Part shown: in pieces, positions 54,908 to 64,000 of the stretch | Layout of the letters: each line of letters starts with the position of its first letter | Numbering within the stretch: position 1 is the first letter of the stretch | Origin: Verrucomicrobia bacterium UBA1629 | GTDB taxonomy: Bacteria > Verrucomicrobiota > Kiritimatiellia > RFP12 > UBA1067 | Assembly (NCBI GenBank): GCA_002321305.1 | Contig: DCMF01000098.1 | Coordinates: forward strand, 28,976-92,975 | Length of the DNA: 64,000 nt | Direction of reading: 5' to 3' | The notes under the pieces: generated by a model | Databases searched by the model: none | What the model saw: the letters and a program-made list of their open reading frames with translations, nothing else | What the model was told of the DNA's origin: nothing | Made by a program: the position numbers and the translations under genes

Positions 54908-57900
54908 TCATGGCGTGTCGTCCTCGAAAGGCTCCCTGTCGTAGGTTGACTCCTTGTCAAGCGTCTCGACCGTGACCGGCGGACGCGCGTCGTCGCCCAG
55001 CATCCACTTGAAGAACATCGACGTGCCGCGCCACTTGGTCCAGCCGTAGTCGTAGCCCGGCGAGGAGACCGAGTACGGGTCGAGAATCTCGACCGCCGCG
55101 ATGAAGTCGTCGTCGAAGCTGTCCGGCCCGAACGTGAACCAGCGGAACGGCAGGAAGCTGTTGTTCACGAGGCCGTTCTGCAGGGCCGCCGTCACCCGGA
55201 ACGTGACCGACGTCCAGTTGGCCGTCAGCGACGGATCGTCCGACTTCTCGTTGCCGAGGCCCTGCAGGCGAAAGGGGGCGTAGACGACCTGGTCCGTGTC
55301 GTTCGACAGGTAGAGCTTCACCCGGACGAGTCGGTTGGTGTAGTGCTCCGTCCAGTGCGCGTTCCACTGCCGCTTGCGGTAGATCGGCTCGCCCCTGGCC
55401 TCGATGACGTCGCCGCGCAGCCACCAGCCCGGATTCGTCGGGTCGATGTCAAGCCAGTACATCGCCTTGAGCGTCAGCGGCTCCGGCTCGTCGGACTCCA
55501 TCAGGCCCTTGTAGTGGCCGAGCGAGATCGGCCCCTCCGGGTTCTTCAGCGTTCCCGCCGCCGCGCGGTCGGCGAGCCACTTCGCCACGGCGGGCGTGTA
55601 GCGGTCGTTCGGGTCGAGCCCCGCGTCAAGCAGCTGCGAGCTGACGCCCGCGTGCGCGACCACGTAGGTCGTCTCGGTGACGTTGTTCAGGTTGAGCGTG
55701 TAGGCCGACCGCCCCGTCGCCGCCGCGTTCGTCACGCCGTTCACCGTCAGCGCGCCGATGCCGTGCCACGGCAGCGCCTCGTAGACGATGTTGGTGCTGC
55801 CGCCGACGTTGACGATGGCGTAGGTGTCGCGCAGCGTGTCCTTGCCGATGCGCTGGGAGAGCGCGTCGCCGACCACCCGCGCGTAGACCCAGATGCTGTC
55901 GCCACGCGGCGGAACGTACCACCCGACGAGCGGATCCTGCCCGGCATTGACGCGACCGGGCGTGAACGCCATCGCCGGCGACCAGCCGCCCTCCTCGCCG
56001 TGCGCGCCGCCCGTCACGCCGAACGACGAGAGCGTCCGCCCGTCCGCCAGCGTGCCGTTGTCGTTGCCGGCGAAATAGCGCTTGGCGCTGTAGGAGATCT
56101 CGTTCAGCTCGCGCACGAGGTTCGTGCCCTCATACGTGTAGGCATACGACTCGAATGCGCCGCCGATCATCGTGTTCGTGCCGCCGACGACGATCTGCTG
56201 CTCCAGGATGCCGCTCGGCCGGTAGAGCGAGAACTCGTAGGGCGTGTCAAACTGGAGCGACGATTTGGGGAAGGTGCTGGAAAGCGACGTCGACGTCCAC
56301 GTGCCGTCCGGCACGAACGGCTGGCCGGTCACGCTGTCGACGAGCGCGCCGGCGGCCTTCGTCTGCGGACTTACCAGCACAAGGAAGTCGTAGTCGCCGC
56401 TGCGATGCCCGTCCGTCGTCTTCTTCATCGTCGGAACGCCGTTCTGGCCGAGGACGGCGAGCGTGAGTGTGCGGTGGTTGATGTCCGTCATCTGCAGGCG
56501 CCAGCCCTTGAGGTCGACGCCCCACGGCACGGCAAGCTCAATGAACTCGTTGGTGACGCTGCGGTAGTCGCCGTCGTTCCAGTTCAGCTCGTTGATCCAC
56601 ACGCGCCCCGGCAGCACCGCCTCGAGGATCGTGTACGGCGAGAAGTGCGCATGGGCCTCGCCGTATTCGTCGTTGTAGTCGACCGGCGCATACCACGTCG
56701 GGTTCGTCCATTCGTCGCCCTCGACCTCGCCGTCGCCAATCATCGCCGACAGCTCTTCCGTGCCGCCGCGCTCGTAGTAGTAGGCCGTCACGACGTACTG
56801 CACGACGGCGTTGCCGCCGGACGAGTCCGGCTTGTAGATCGATGCCGGGACGCTCCCCGTCGAGCGGAAGGTGTAGTTCGTCTTCGGCCCGACCTGCGTC
56901 AACTCGACCTCGGCGCTCGCGCCGGCGTCGTCGAGCCAGCGGTCATAGCCCCACGGGCTCGTGCCCGTGAAGGTGCGCAGCGTCACGCGGAAGCCCCGGT
57001 CGGTGTCGATGTCGTCCGCGAGCTGGTCGAGCTTGAGCTGGGTCTGCACGCCCCACGACTCACCGCTCAACGGCTGCTGGCTCTTGTCGAGGATGTCTTC
57101 GACGACCCAGTCGTTCTCGATGCCGTTGCGGAACGGGCGCGCGTAGACGAAGCCGACCTTCGAGTCGGTCTTCTCCGTGACGGCCACCTCGTCCAGCAGG
57201 ACGCGCTGCGGCGTCACGCCCGTCGCGGGGTTGATCACGTTGTCCACCACGAGGCGGATCGCCGCGAAGTTCCGCTGCGCCGGCGCGCGGTATTCGAACA
57301 GCTCATAGACCGGCGTCGTGACCGTGAAGTTGGTGACGGGGTCGCCCCAGTCGGTCGCCGCGCCATCCCGTACGCCGTAGAGCGTGACGGTCGCCGGCGT
57401 CATCGCGGCCGCGTTCGTCTCGTAGAGGCGCGCCCGGAAGCGCACCTGGCCGATCGACGCCTGCTTCACGACGCCGTTCGTCAGCGTGTACGAGCCGAAC
57501 GTCGGCGACTGCACGCACGGGTTGACCTTGTCGTATTCCGAGACGTCGCCCGCAATCTGGCGCAGCGAGTCGTTGAGGCCCGCCGAGAGGCCCGAACCGA
57601 TCTCGCCGCCGGACTTGCTGACCGAGGCGTCGGAGAGCAGCATGCGGCGCTCCGTGTCCTCCGAGTCGCCCACGACGCGCAGGTTGAAGCCGATCCAGCT
57701 GCGCGTGTCGAGCGCCGGCTCGTCGTGCACGTAGACGTCCGTGAGCGTGATCGCGCCGTAGTCGGGATTCGTCTGCGCCCGCCCGGAGGCTTCCGTGACG
57801 ACGGACGGCGCGACCGCGAGGCGAATCACGCCTTCGAGCGGATGATCCGCATGGTCGTGCCAGCCGAGGTAGTATTCCTTCGTCGTCGCGTCCTTGAGCT

Positions 57901-60900
57901 CGTCGTAGGCGTATTCGCGCACGGTGATCCACTGCGGAATCTGCGCATCCGTCCCCAGCGGAACCGCGTTCGTCGCGTAGTTGTAGCCGCGCGTGCCGTT
58001 CAGGTTGCTGCGGACGTCGTTCGTCGCGACCTGCACGAGGAGGCGGCAGCCCTCCTGCACGTCCTTGTACGAGAAGCCGACCATGCCGAGGCCGTTCAGG
58101 AGCGGCGAGCGCACCGACAGCGCGCGCGCCGGGTTCGCACGCGCCGGCTGGAGCGTCACGTAGCGGTTCGTCACGTCGCCGCTGATGATTTCGTCCACGC
58201 GCGCCTGCGTGTAGACGAAGTCCCGCGACAGGCCGTCGATGCCCTCGATGTCCTGCCCGTTCCACGCCGTCTGGCGGATGTCCCAGACCGTGACGTCCGT
58301 CGGCTTCGCGCCCGAGACGAGCTGCACATGGCAGTTCGCGTTCGTGCGCAGCGTGACCTCGAACGGGTCGAAGGCGTAGCGGCTGACGACGACGTTCGTG
58401 ACCGTCTGCCACCCGCCGTCGCCGCTGGCGGGCTTGAGCTGGACATTCACCGTCTGCGTCAGGTCGTCCGGCGCCTTGACGCCGTAGAGCCAGCTGAGAT
58501 TCGAGATCTTGTTCGTCGAGATCTCGGTGCGGCTCGGCTGGAAGACCCAGGCGTCCCCCTTCAGCGCATCGCCCATGCTGGTCTGGGTTGTGCCCGACCG
58601 ATTCACGAACTTCACCTTCTGCGAATCGGCGTAGCCCCTCCAGAGCGGATACGCGGCCGTCTCCTCGGCCTTGAGCGGCGTCCACGTCACACTGGACTGC
58701 GGCACGACGGCCGTCCAGCGGCGCGGATCGATGAACTGGCCCCGGCAGTTCGTCGGCAGGACGCCGAACGTGCCGAACGTGTGGCGCGTCTTCGTGTCGT
58801 CGACCACGCAGAGCGAGCGGTAGTTCGAGTCGCTGAACGCCGCCGCCGGGCTGTCGTTGCCGACGGACAGGCCCGCCAAGATCGTCGTCGCGCCAGACGC
58901 CGACGCGTCTTCGCCCAGCGAGAGGTAGAGGCACCACGTCTTCGGAACCTTCTCGGACAGTTGGCCGACCATGTTGCCGGAACCGCCGTCATGCTGCATC
59001 GTCGCGCCCGCGAACCAGCGCGAAGCGAGGCACTCGCTCTTGACCTCGCCGTCGATGAGCCGCCACTTGTAGAGCAGGAGCTGCAGGCCGTCGCTGCCGC
59101 GCCGCTCGACCCGGAACTCATAGCAGCCGCGCCCCGGAAAGTAGTAGCCGACGACGCTCATCGCCGCGTTCGGCGCGTAGTCGTTGCCGTTCGCGGCCGA
59201 CATGACCGCCGGGCAGACGAACGTGTAGTTCCGCAGCGTCAGCGTGTCGCCGCTGTAGCACGGCGAGAAGTCGGCGAACGTGACGGCCTGCGCGAGACGC
59301 GCCTGGAAGCTGATCTTCTCGATGCCGGACGGCGTGTCGTTCTGCGTGTAGGAGACGTTGCCCCGTCCGCGCCCCGCCATCTGCCAGGCGATCCCCGCCT
59401 TCGTCGTCTTGTCGACGTAGTTCGAGAGCGTCAGCGCCGCATCGACGAAGAGGCCGTTCACGCCGTTCCACCGGTGCGGCATCTTCTGCGAGATGTAGTC
59501 CGCCGTGTACTTCGGATAGCCGTCGTTGATGTAGCTTCCGAGGTCGAAGTCCTCGTTCCAGGTCGAGTCGGTCGACTTGAAGGGCGACCACGTGATCATG
59601 TGGGCGTTCGTCTGGATCATCTCGGCGACGCTCACGCCGCTCGTCTCGGCATAGCTGCCGACGAACGTCTCGCCCTCGCGCCGCGCGTCATGCCACTGGT
59701 TGAACGTCTGGAACTCGGCGTGCCCGACGGTGAAGACGCCGCTTTCGTCATTGAACTGGAATTCAAGGTAGCCGGAGGCGTCGTCGACCGCGATCGAACG
59801 CGGCGACCCGCCCGTCTTCGCCTGGCCGCGGCCCGGCAGCTGCCTCACGTCCGTCAGCGGGAACCACTGCGCCGACCCGGCCGGCTTCGCGCCCCATTCC
59901 TCCCAGCGGTCGATGCCGTCGAAGAAGAAGGTCGACGTGCCGGACGTGCCGATCGGCACGCGCACCATGCCGCGCCAGAGATGGTCGCCGACCAGCTCCA
60001 TCGGCTGGTTGGCCGTCAGGTCGCCGGCGAGGACGACGTTCACGCCGCCCCACGGACTCCGCCCCGCACGGTAGCGGAAGAACCAGTCGCGCGTCGCGCT
60101 CAGGCGGTTCGTGACCGTGCCCGTCTCTTCCGTATAGAGCCCGCCGAGCTTCAGCGCGCGGTCGGGGTCGGCCCCCGAATAGTCGTAGTAGTCGTAGTAG
60201 GGAATCGCCGTGAAGCTTTCGTAGAAGAACTCCACGTCACCCGACTGCGCGGGCACCTCCAGCGGCGTCGAGGCCCGGTAGTCGTCGAACGGACTCAAGT
60301 CGACCGACAGCCAAGAACCGTCCGCCGGCTCAAAGCGCTGGTTCAGGTAGCGCCAGCGGTATTTCATGCGGGCGAGCAGCACCATCGCCTTCGGGTCGAG
60401 GTTCGTCACCGCGCTGACCCACGTCGCGTTCGTCGCGCGGGCGTAGATTTCGCGGTCGTTGACGGACGGGAACGGCACGTTGAACGCGCCCTCCTGACCG
60501 ACCGTGAGACGCCCCGTCTTCTCGGCATCGACCCGCCCGTGCGGCTGAAGCGACACGACCGACTTCGGATACGAGACCAGCACGTTGTCCACGGCCAGGA
60601 GATACTGGACGTAGTCAAGCGACATGTTGGCATCGGCCGTCGCGCGGCGGATGCGGAAGCGCACGGGGCCGCGATAGTCCACGTTCGCGCAGATGCGGAA
60701 GAAGTTGTTGACCGTCTTGCCCTGGGCGATGTCCAGCACAACCTCGTCCGTCTCCGCAAGGCGCGTGAACGTCGCGGCCCCGTTGTCGCGCTTGAGCGGG
60801 ACAAGCGCGACCTTCTGCCACCGGTCTTCCGTCAGCCGCCCGAAATCCTCGACGTTGCCGTAGGCATTCGCGCCGCGGCAGTTCGCGTCCGTCGGCGGCA

Positions 60901-63814
60901 GGCTCGCCCCCGTCGCCGTGTCCACGACGTTCGTCGCGATCTCGACGACGAGATGCGAAACCTCCGGCGGACACTGCGACGTCGTGCGCGTGTTGATCGC
61001 GTCGAAATAGATCGTGCCGATGCCGTTCGTGTAGCACGGCGAGTAGATCGCGGCGCCCGTCGTGTTGCGGAAGACCATCCACCCCGCCTCGACGTTCGAG
61101 CCGCCCGACGCCGTCTCGGGCGAGATCGGTCGCGCCGTTGCCGACGTCGGCAGAAACACCCGGACCTCGCCCTCGTCCGCCAAGTTGGCCTTGCTGAACG
61201 TATTGCCGAGAAGGATGTCCGTGAACCGCCACAGCACATTCGTCGCACCCGTGTCGTCCCGATAGCTGAGGCGGTGGTCTGCGCCGGGGTACTTGCGCAG
61301 GTTCGGAACGTCGGTAGAAACGGCATGCGTCCCCGTATGCGTCCAGAAGACGGCGTGTTCGGCGGCGTTCGTCTGCCAGTAGCTCTGGTCGGTCACCTCG
61401 TGTCCGGGCGCCGTGTCGTCGTTCGCGAGCAGGACACGCCCCGACAGCGTCAGGGACGGTGCCGCGCCCTTCAAATTGTCCATCGTCTGCGAGCCCAGGA
61501 TGCAGAAGTCGACATGGCATTCGAGATCCTCGTATTCGAGGTTCCTGTTCACCAGCTCATAGCTGACGCGATACGCGCCGCCTTGCGTCGGCATCCCCGC
61601 CAGCGTCGCGCCCGTGCCGGCGTCAAGGAAGCGGCGGACGAACGTGCCGTCGGCGATAATCGGATCCGTGACGGTCGCGGGCGCCTCGCCTTCGTTCCAC
61701 ATCGTCTTCGACAAGGATGGCAGCCGCCGCCAGAAGTTGACGCGATAGCCGTTGCGCACCACGAGATCAAACCCGGCATCGACTTCATTCTGTCGCGCGT
61801 CGGCATCCGACTGCGTCCAGTCGGCGAACACCGTGTCCGGCTCGTGATCCGGCACGGTCGCCGTTGACCGCAGGCACCAGTAGAGGCGAATCAGCTGCGG
61901 CGTGGAACTGATGCGCGGCAACCGCACGTAGACGACGCTTTCGCCGCGCGCATTCCAGTCGCGCTCACCGCAGGAATAGGGCAGCACATTGCCGTCCGCA
62001 TCCGTGAAGGCCAACGACTGGCCATCGACCGCGCGCGAATAGAGGAAGCCCGGCAGTCCCTTTTCCGAGAGCGTGACGCGATACGGGAAGTTTGTCAGTT
62101 CCGCCGGGGACGTGCCGACGTAAGTGAGGTTGGTGATCTCGACATAGTCAATGAAGCGGTCGCCGAGGCCGTTGACGATGCGGAAGTCGTCGTAGACGTA
62201 GCGCGGCGTCGGCACGTAGTTGCCGTCCGACGGCGTGGTCGCGCGCGCCCAGTAATGGCCAATCTCCGTCGGCTTGGCGCTGCTCCACTGCTCTTCGGCA
62301 ATGCCCGCCGCCGCTTCGCCCTCCGTGTAGGCGGCATACGAGACGTCGATCGCCGCCCAGTCGGGGGTGACGTCGATGATCGGGCGCGGCGTCGCCTCGT
62401 CCGGCGTGCCGCGCATCCAGTCCTTCTGCTGGAAGCCGCCGAGCGACACCGCGACCGGCGTAATCGTAAACGAAGACGTGATGGACGTAAAAACGTAGTT
62501 GTCCGAATCCGGCGCGCTCGCGCGAATCCAGTAGTCGCCCGCATCCGTCGGGCGCGTCGCCGACCAGCCGTCGTCGGACGGGCGGCTCGACCCGCCCTTC
62601 CGCTTGTACTCGTAGAGCGGTTCGACCCACGACGGATCGACCGTGCACGTCGGTTCGGGCAACGGCGTGGCGTTATAGGCCCATCCTGCCAAGGACAGGC
62701 CGCTCAACGAGACCGGGCACTTTGCAATCGTCATCGTGACCGTGACAGCGTCCGTCGAGCCGTCCGGCCACGTCACGCCCGCCCGCAGGTGCGCCGTCGC
62801 CACATAGGTTCCCGCATTCGTCCCGACGTTGTCGCCCGACACGGAATAGAAGGCGTTCGGCGTGATCGACGCATGCGCCGTGCGGTCGTAGGTGTAGGTC
62901 ACCGTCGCATCCGGCTTCGTGAAGGTGCCCTCCATCACACGGGAGATGCGGACGTAGACGACGCCGGAGCCGCCCTTGCCCGCCGCCGCCGCCGCGTTCT
63001 TGCCCGCGCCGCCGCCGCCGCCGCCGAACCCGTCCGCGCCCGCCGTCGCCTCGCCGCCGTCCGCCGGCTTGCGCCCGACGCCGCCCTGGCCGCCGCCGCC
63101 CACGCCGCCGGCGATGCCAGACGTCGCGCCCGTGACGGTCTTGTCGCAGTTGCCGCCGCCGCCGCCGCCGCCGTAGAGCGCCGCGTCGCCCGCGCCGCCC
63201 GCGAACCCCTGTCCGTCCGTCCCCGCGCCGCCCAGCTGCGGCACGCCGGCCTTGCCCTCGACCTTCTGCGCGCCGCCGCCGCCGGAGCCGCCCGCGAGGC
63301 CCGCGCCCTGACCGCCGCCGCCGCCGCCGCCCAGCGCCTCGACCCACGCCTCGCCGTCCAGCAGGATCGTCGTGCGGCCGCCGGACTCGCCCGAATAGTC
63401 GTCCGTCGCCTTCGCGCCGCCCTTGCCCGCCGCGCCGCCCGCGCCGACCGTCACCGCGTACGTGCCCGCGCCCAGCAGGCCGTCCCGCTCCACGACGCCG
63501 CCGCCGCCGCCGCCCGCGCCGCCCGCAGACGGCGACGCGCCGCCAAGGATGTTCAGCCCGCCGCCGCCGCCGCCGCCGCCCACCGCCAGCACGCGCGCCG
63601 ACGCCGTCCCCGGCAACGTGAACGTCCCCGCTTCATCAGCCGTGAACTTCAGCAGGAGGTCGGAACCGACGTGGCTCACCTCGGCCGCGCCCGTGTAGGT
63701 GACGACGCCGCCGCCCGACACCGTTTCCTGACCGTCGGCCGCAGAGGCGGTGACGGCCAGCGCGCTCACGACGAGCGGCAGCAGCCCGACGAAACTTTTC
63801 ATGACACTCTTCAT
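54908..63814 (-). CDS. Giant secreted protein of about 2969 aa. It has a signal peptide and a glycine-rich (poly-Gly / GGxGG) N-terminal region, followed by a long beta-rich body with no confidently recognised catalytic domain. Start at MKSVMKSFVGLLPLVVSALA.
   Basis: Continuous open frame. N-terminal LAVGGGGGGGGLNILGGASPSAGGAGGGGGGVV. The TGGTATAAT promoter lies about 80 nt upstream. Confidence 0.8.
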   Translation of the reverse strand: MKSVMKSFVGLLPLVVSALAVTASAADGQETVSGGGVVTYTGAAEVSHVGSDLLLKFTADEAGTFTLPGTASARVLAVGGGGGGGGLNILGGASPSAGGAGGGGGGVVERDGLLGAGTYAVTVGAGGAAGKGGAKATDDYSGESGGRTTILLDGEAWVEALGGGGGGGQGAGLAGGSGGGGAQKVEGKAGVPQLGGAGTDGQGFAGGAGDAALYGGGGGGGNCDKTVTGATSGIAGGVGGGGQGGVGRKPADGGEATAGADGFGGGGGGAGKNAAAAAGKGGSGVVYVRISRVMEGTFTKPDATVTYTYDRTAHASITPNAFYSVSGDNVGTNAGTYVATAHLRAGVTWPDGSTDAVTVTMTIAKCPVSLSGLSLAGWAYNATPLPEPTCTVDPSWVEPLYEYKRKGGSSRPSDDGWSATRPTDAGDYWIRASAPDSDNYVFTSITSSFTITPVAVSLGGFQQKDWMRGTPDEATPRPIIDVTPDWAAIDVSYAAYTEGEAAAGIAEEQWSSAKPTEIGHYWARATTPSDGNYVPTPRYVYDDFRIVNGLGDRFIDYVEITNLTYVGTSPAELTNFPYRVTLSEKGLPGFLYSRAVDGQSLAFTDADGNVLPYSCGERDWNARGESVVYVRLPRISSTPQLIRLYWCLRSTATVPDHEPDTVFADWTQSDADARQNEVDAGFDLVVRNGYRVNFWRRLPSLSKTMWNEGEAPATVTDPIIADGTFVRRFLDAGTGATLAGMPTQGGAYRVSYELVNRNLEYEDLECHVDFCILGSQTMDNLKGAAPSLTLSGRVLLANDDTAPGHEVTDQSYWQTNAAEHAVFWTHTGTHAVSTDVPNLRKYPGADHRLSYRDDTGATNVLWRFTDILLGNTFSKANLADEGEVRVFLPTSATARPISPETASGGSNVEAGWMVFRNTTGAAIYSPCYTNGIGTIYFDAINTRTTSQCPPEVSHLVVEIATNVVDTATGASLPPTDANCRGANAYGNVEDFGRLTEDRWQKVALVPLKRDNGAATFTRLAETDEVVLDIAQGKTVNNFFRICANVDYRGPVRFRIRRATADANMSLDYVQYLLAVDNVLVSYPKSVVSLQPHGRVDAEKTGRLTVGQEGAFNVPFPSVNDREIYARATNATWVSAVTNLDPKAMVLLARMKYRWRYLNQRFEPADGSWLSVDLSPFDDYRASTPLEVPAQSGDVEFFYESFTAIPYYDYYDYSGADPDRALKLGGLYTEETGTVTNRLSATRDWFFRYRAGRSPWGGVNVVLAGDLTANQPMELVGDHLWRGMVRVPIGTSGTSTFFFDGIDRWEEWGAKPAGSAQWFPLTDVRQLPGRGQAKTGGSPRSIAVDDASGYLEFQFNDESGVFTVGHAEFQTFNQWHDARREGETFVGSYAETSGVSVAEMIQTNAHMITWSPFKSTDSTWNEDFDLGSYINDGYPKYTADYISQKMPHRWNGVNGLFVDAALTLSNYVDKTTKAGIAWQMAGRGRGNVSYTQNDTPSGIEKISFQARLAQAVTFADFSPCYSGDTLTLRNYTFVCPAVMSAANGNDYAPNAAMSVVGYYFPGRGCYEFRVERRGSDGLQLLLYKWRLIDGEVKSECLASRWFAGATMQHDGGSGNMVGQLSEKVPKTWCLYLSLGEDASASGATTILAGLSVGNDSPAAAFSDSNYRSLCVVDDTKTRHTFGTFGVLPTNCRGQFIDPRRWTAVVPQSSVTWTPLKAEETAAYPLWRGYADSQKVKFVNRSGTTQTSMGDALKGDAWVFQPSRTEISTNKISNLSWLYGVKAPDDLTQTVNVQLKPASGDGGWQTVTNVVVSRYAFDPFEVTLRTNANCHVQLVSGAKPTDVTVWDIRQTAWNGQDIEGIDGLSRDFVYTQARVDEIISGDVTNRYVTLQPARANPARALSVRSPLLNGLGMVGFSYKDVQEGCRLLVQVATNDVRSNLNGTRGYNYATNAVPLGTDAQIPQWITVREYAYDELKDATTKEYYLGWHDHADHPLEGVIRLAVAPSVVTEASGRAQTNPDYGAITLTDVYVHDEPALDTRSWIGFNLRVVGDSEDTERRMLLSDASVSKSGGEIGSGLSAGLNDSLRQIAGDVSEYDKVNPCVQSPTFGSYTLTNGVVKQASIGQVRFRARLYETNAAAMTPATVTLYGVRDGAATDWGDPVTNFTVTTPVYELFEYRAPAQRNFAAIRLVVDNVINPATGVTPQRVLLDEVAVTEKTDSKVGFVYARPFRNGIENDWVVEDILDKSQQPLSGESWGVQTQLKLDQLADDIDTDRGFRVTLRTFTGTSPWGYDRWLDDAGASAEVELTQVGPKTNYTFRSTGSVPASIYKPDSSGGNAVVQYVVTAYYYERGGTEELSAMIGDGEVEGDEWTNPTWYAPVDYNDEYGEAHAHFSPYTILEAVLPGRVWINELNWNDGDYRSVTNEFIELAVPWGVDLKGWRLQMTDINHRTLTLAVLGQNGVPTMKKTTDGHRSGDYDFLVLVSPQTKAAGALVDSVTGQPFVPDGTWTSTSLSSTFPKSSLQFDTPYEFSLYRPSGILEQQIVVGGTNTMIGGAFESYAYTYEGTNLVRELNEISYSAKRYFAGNDNGTLADGRTLSSFGVTGGAHGEEGGWSPAMAFTPGRVNAGQDPLVGWYVPPRGDSIWVYARVVGDALSQRIGKDTLRDTYAIVNVGGSTNIVYEALPWHGIGALTVNGVTNAAATGRSAYTLNLNNVTETTYVVAHAGVSSQLLDAGLDPNDRYTPAVAKWLADRAAAGTLKNPEGPISLGHYKGLMESDEPEPLTLKAMYWLDIDPTNPGWWLRGDVIEARGEPIYRKRQWNAHWTEHYTNRLVRVKLYLSNDTDQVVYAPFRLQGLGNEKSDDPSLTANWTSVTFRVTAALQNGLVNNSFLPFRWFTFGPDSFDDDFIAAVEILDPYSVSSPGYDYGWTKWRGTSMFFKWMLGDDARPPVTVETLDKESTYDREPFEDDTP

Positions 63815-63879
63815 ATCGCACATTTGTTTTGAGGGCGGAAGATGCACCCCGCGCGTGGCGAGGGCACACTCCACCCAGT

Positions 63880-63915
63880 TTATTTCGTAGCGAATTATAC
63901 CAAAAATCGCCGCGC
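63880..63915 (-). promoter_or_regulatory. Promoter of giant gene 3, ATTTTTGGTATAAT extended -10.
   Basis: Minus strand reads ggcgATTTTTGGTATAATtcgctacgaaataaactggg. Confidence 0.45.
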
Positions 63916-64000
63916 GCGGACAAGAGCCGCGCGCGCGTTGCGCGCGCCAGGGGGACGAGGTTCGGCGGCTGCGCACCGCGCGAGCGCCTGCCTTCGGTTC

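Overview
This is a 64-kb, roughly 70% GC chromosomal segment. 35 of its 36 protein-coding genes lie on the minus strand. The gene content points to a PVC-superphylum-like organism (Verrucomicrobia, Lentisphaerae, Planctomycetes or relatives), because it carries Chlamydia Pmp-type repeat proteins and giant secreted proteins with thrombospondin-type-3-like repeats. Most six-frame ORFs on the plus strand are GC-driven artefacts antisense to the real genes. The real genes, read 5' to 3' on the minus strand, are as follows. A giant glycine-rich secreted protein (about 2969 aa). A small lipoprotein translationally coupled to a 4172-aa protein with TSP3-like and LamG domains. ackA and pta. An arabinose-5-phosphate isomerase (kdsD/kpsF type). 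A secreted hypothetical protein. A pilus or type II secretion-like operon: a PilM-PilN fusion, a PilO-like protein, a zinc-ribbon/Ca-binding protein, and a 1086-aa secretin. coaE and rho. A HEAT/zinc-ribbon/DUF559-nuclease protein. uvrA. A 1645-aa SpeB-like C10 peptidase fused to Pmp beta-helix repeats. recA, queC, a pseudouridine synthase (RluA family) and htpG. A low-GC Dcm plus restriction endonuclease (REase) island. rnhB, nusA-infB, murC, acpP and lpxC. Finally the 5' end of an aryl-polyene (APE)-like lipid gene cluster: two ACPs, a small membrane protein, an adenylation/hotdog-dehydratase fusion, a divergent family-2 glycosyltransferase (GT2), and a partial downstream ORF. The most unusual feature is a set of at least five short repeat families labelled A to E. 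Several of these are inserted in frame into essential genes, so the genes stay open. uvrA carries four such insertions, murC two, and coaE, kdsD and infB one each. The other copies of the same families sit in intergenic regions and in 5' leader sequences. The three large secreted-protein genes share a TTTTTGGTATAAT extended -10 promoter. A compact divergent promoter with the motif GGCGCGTATTATA appears to produce leaderless transcripts. No rRNA, tRNA or CRISPR array was found. Internal start positions I derived by counting codons from ORF ends may be off by 1-2 nt.
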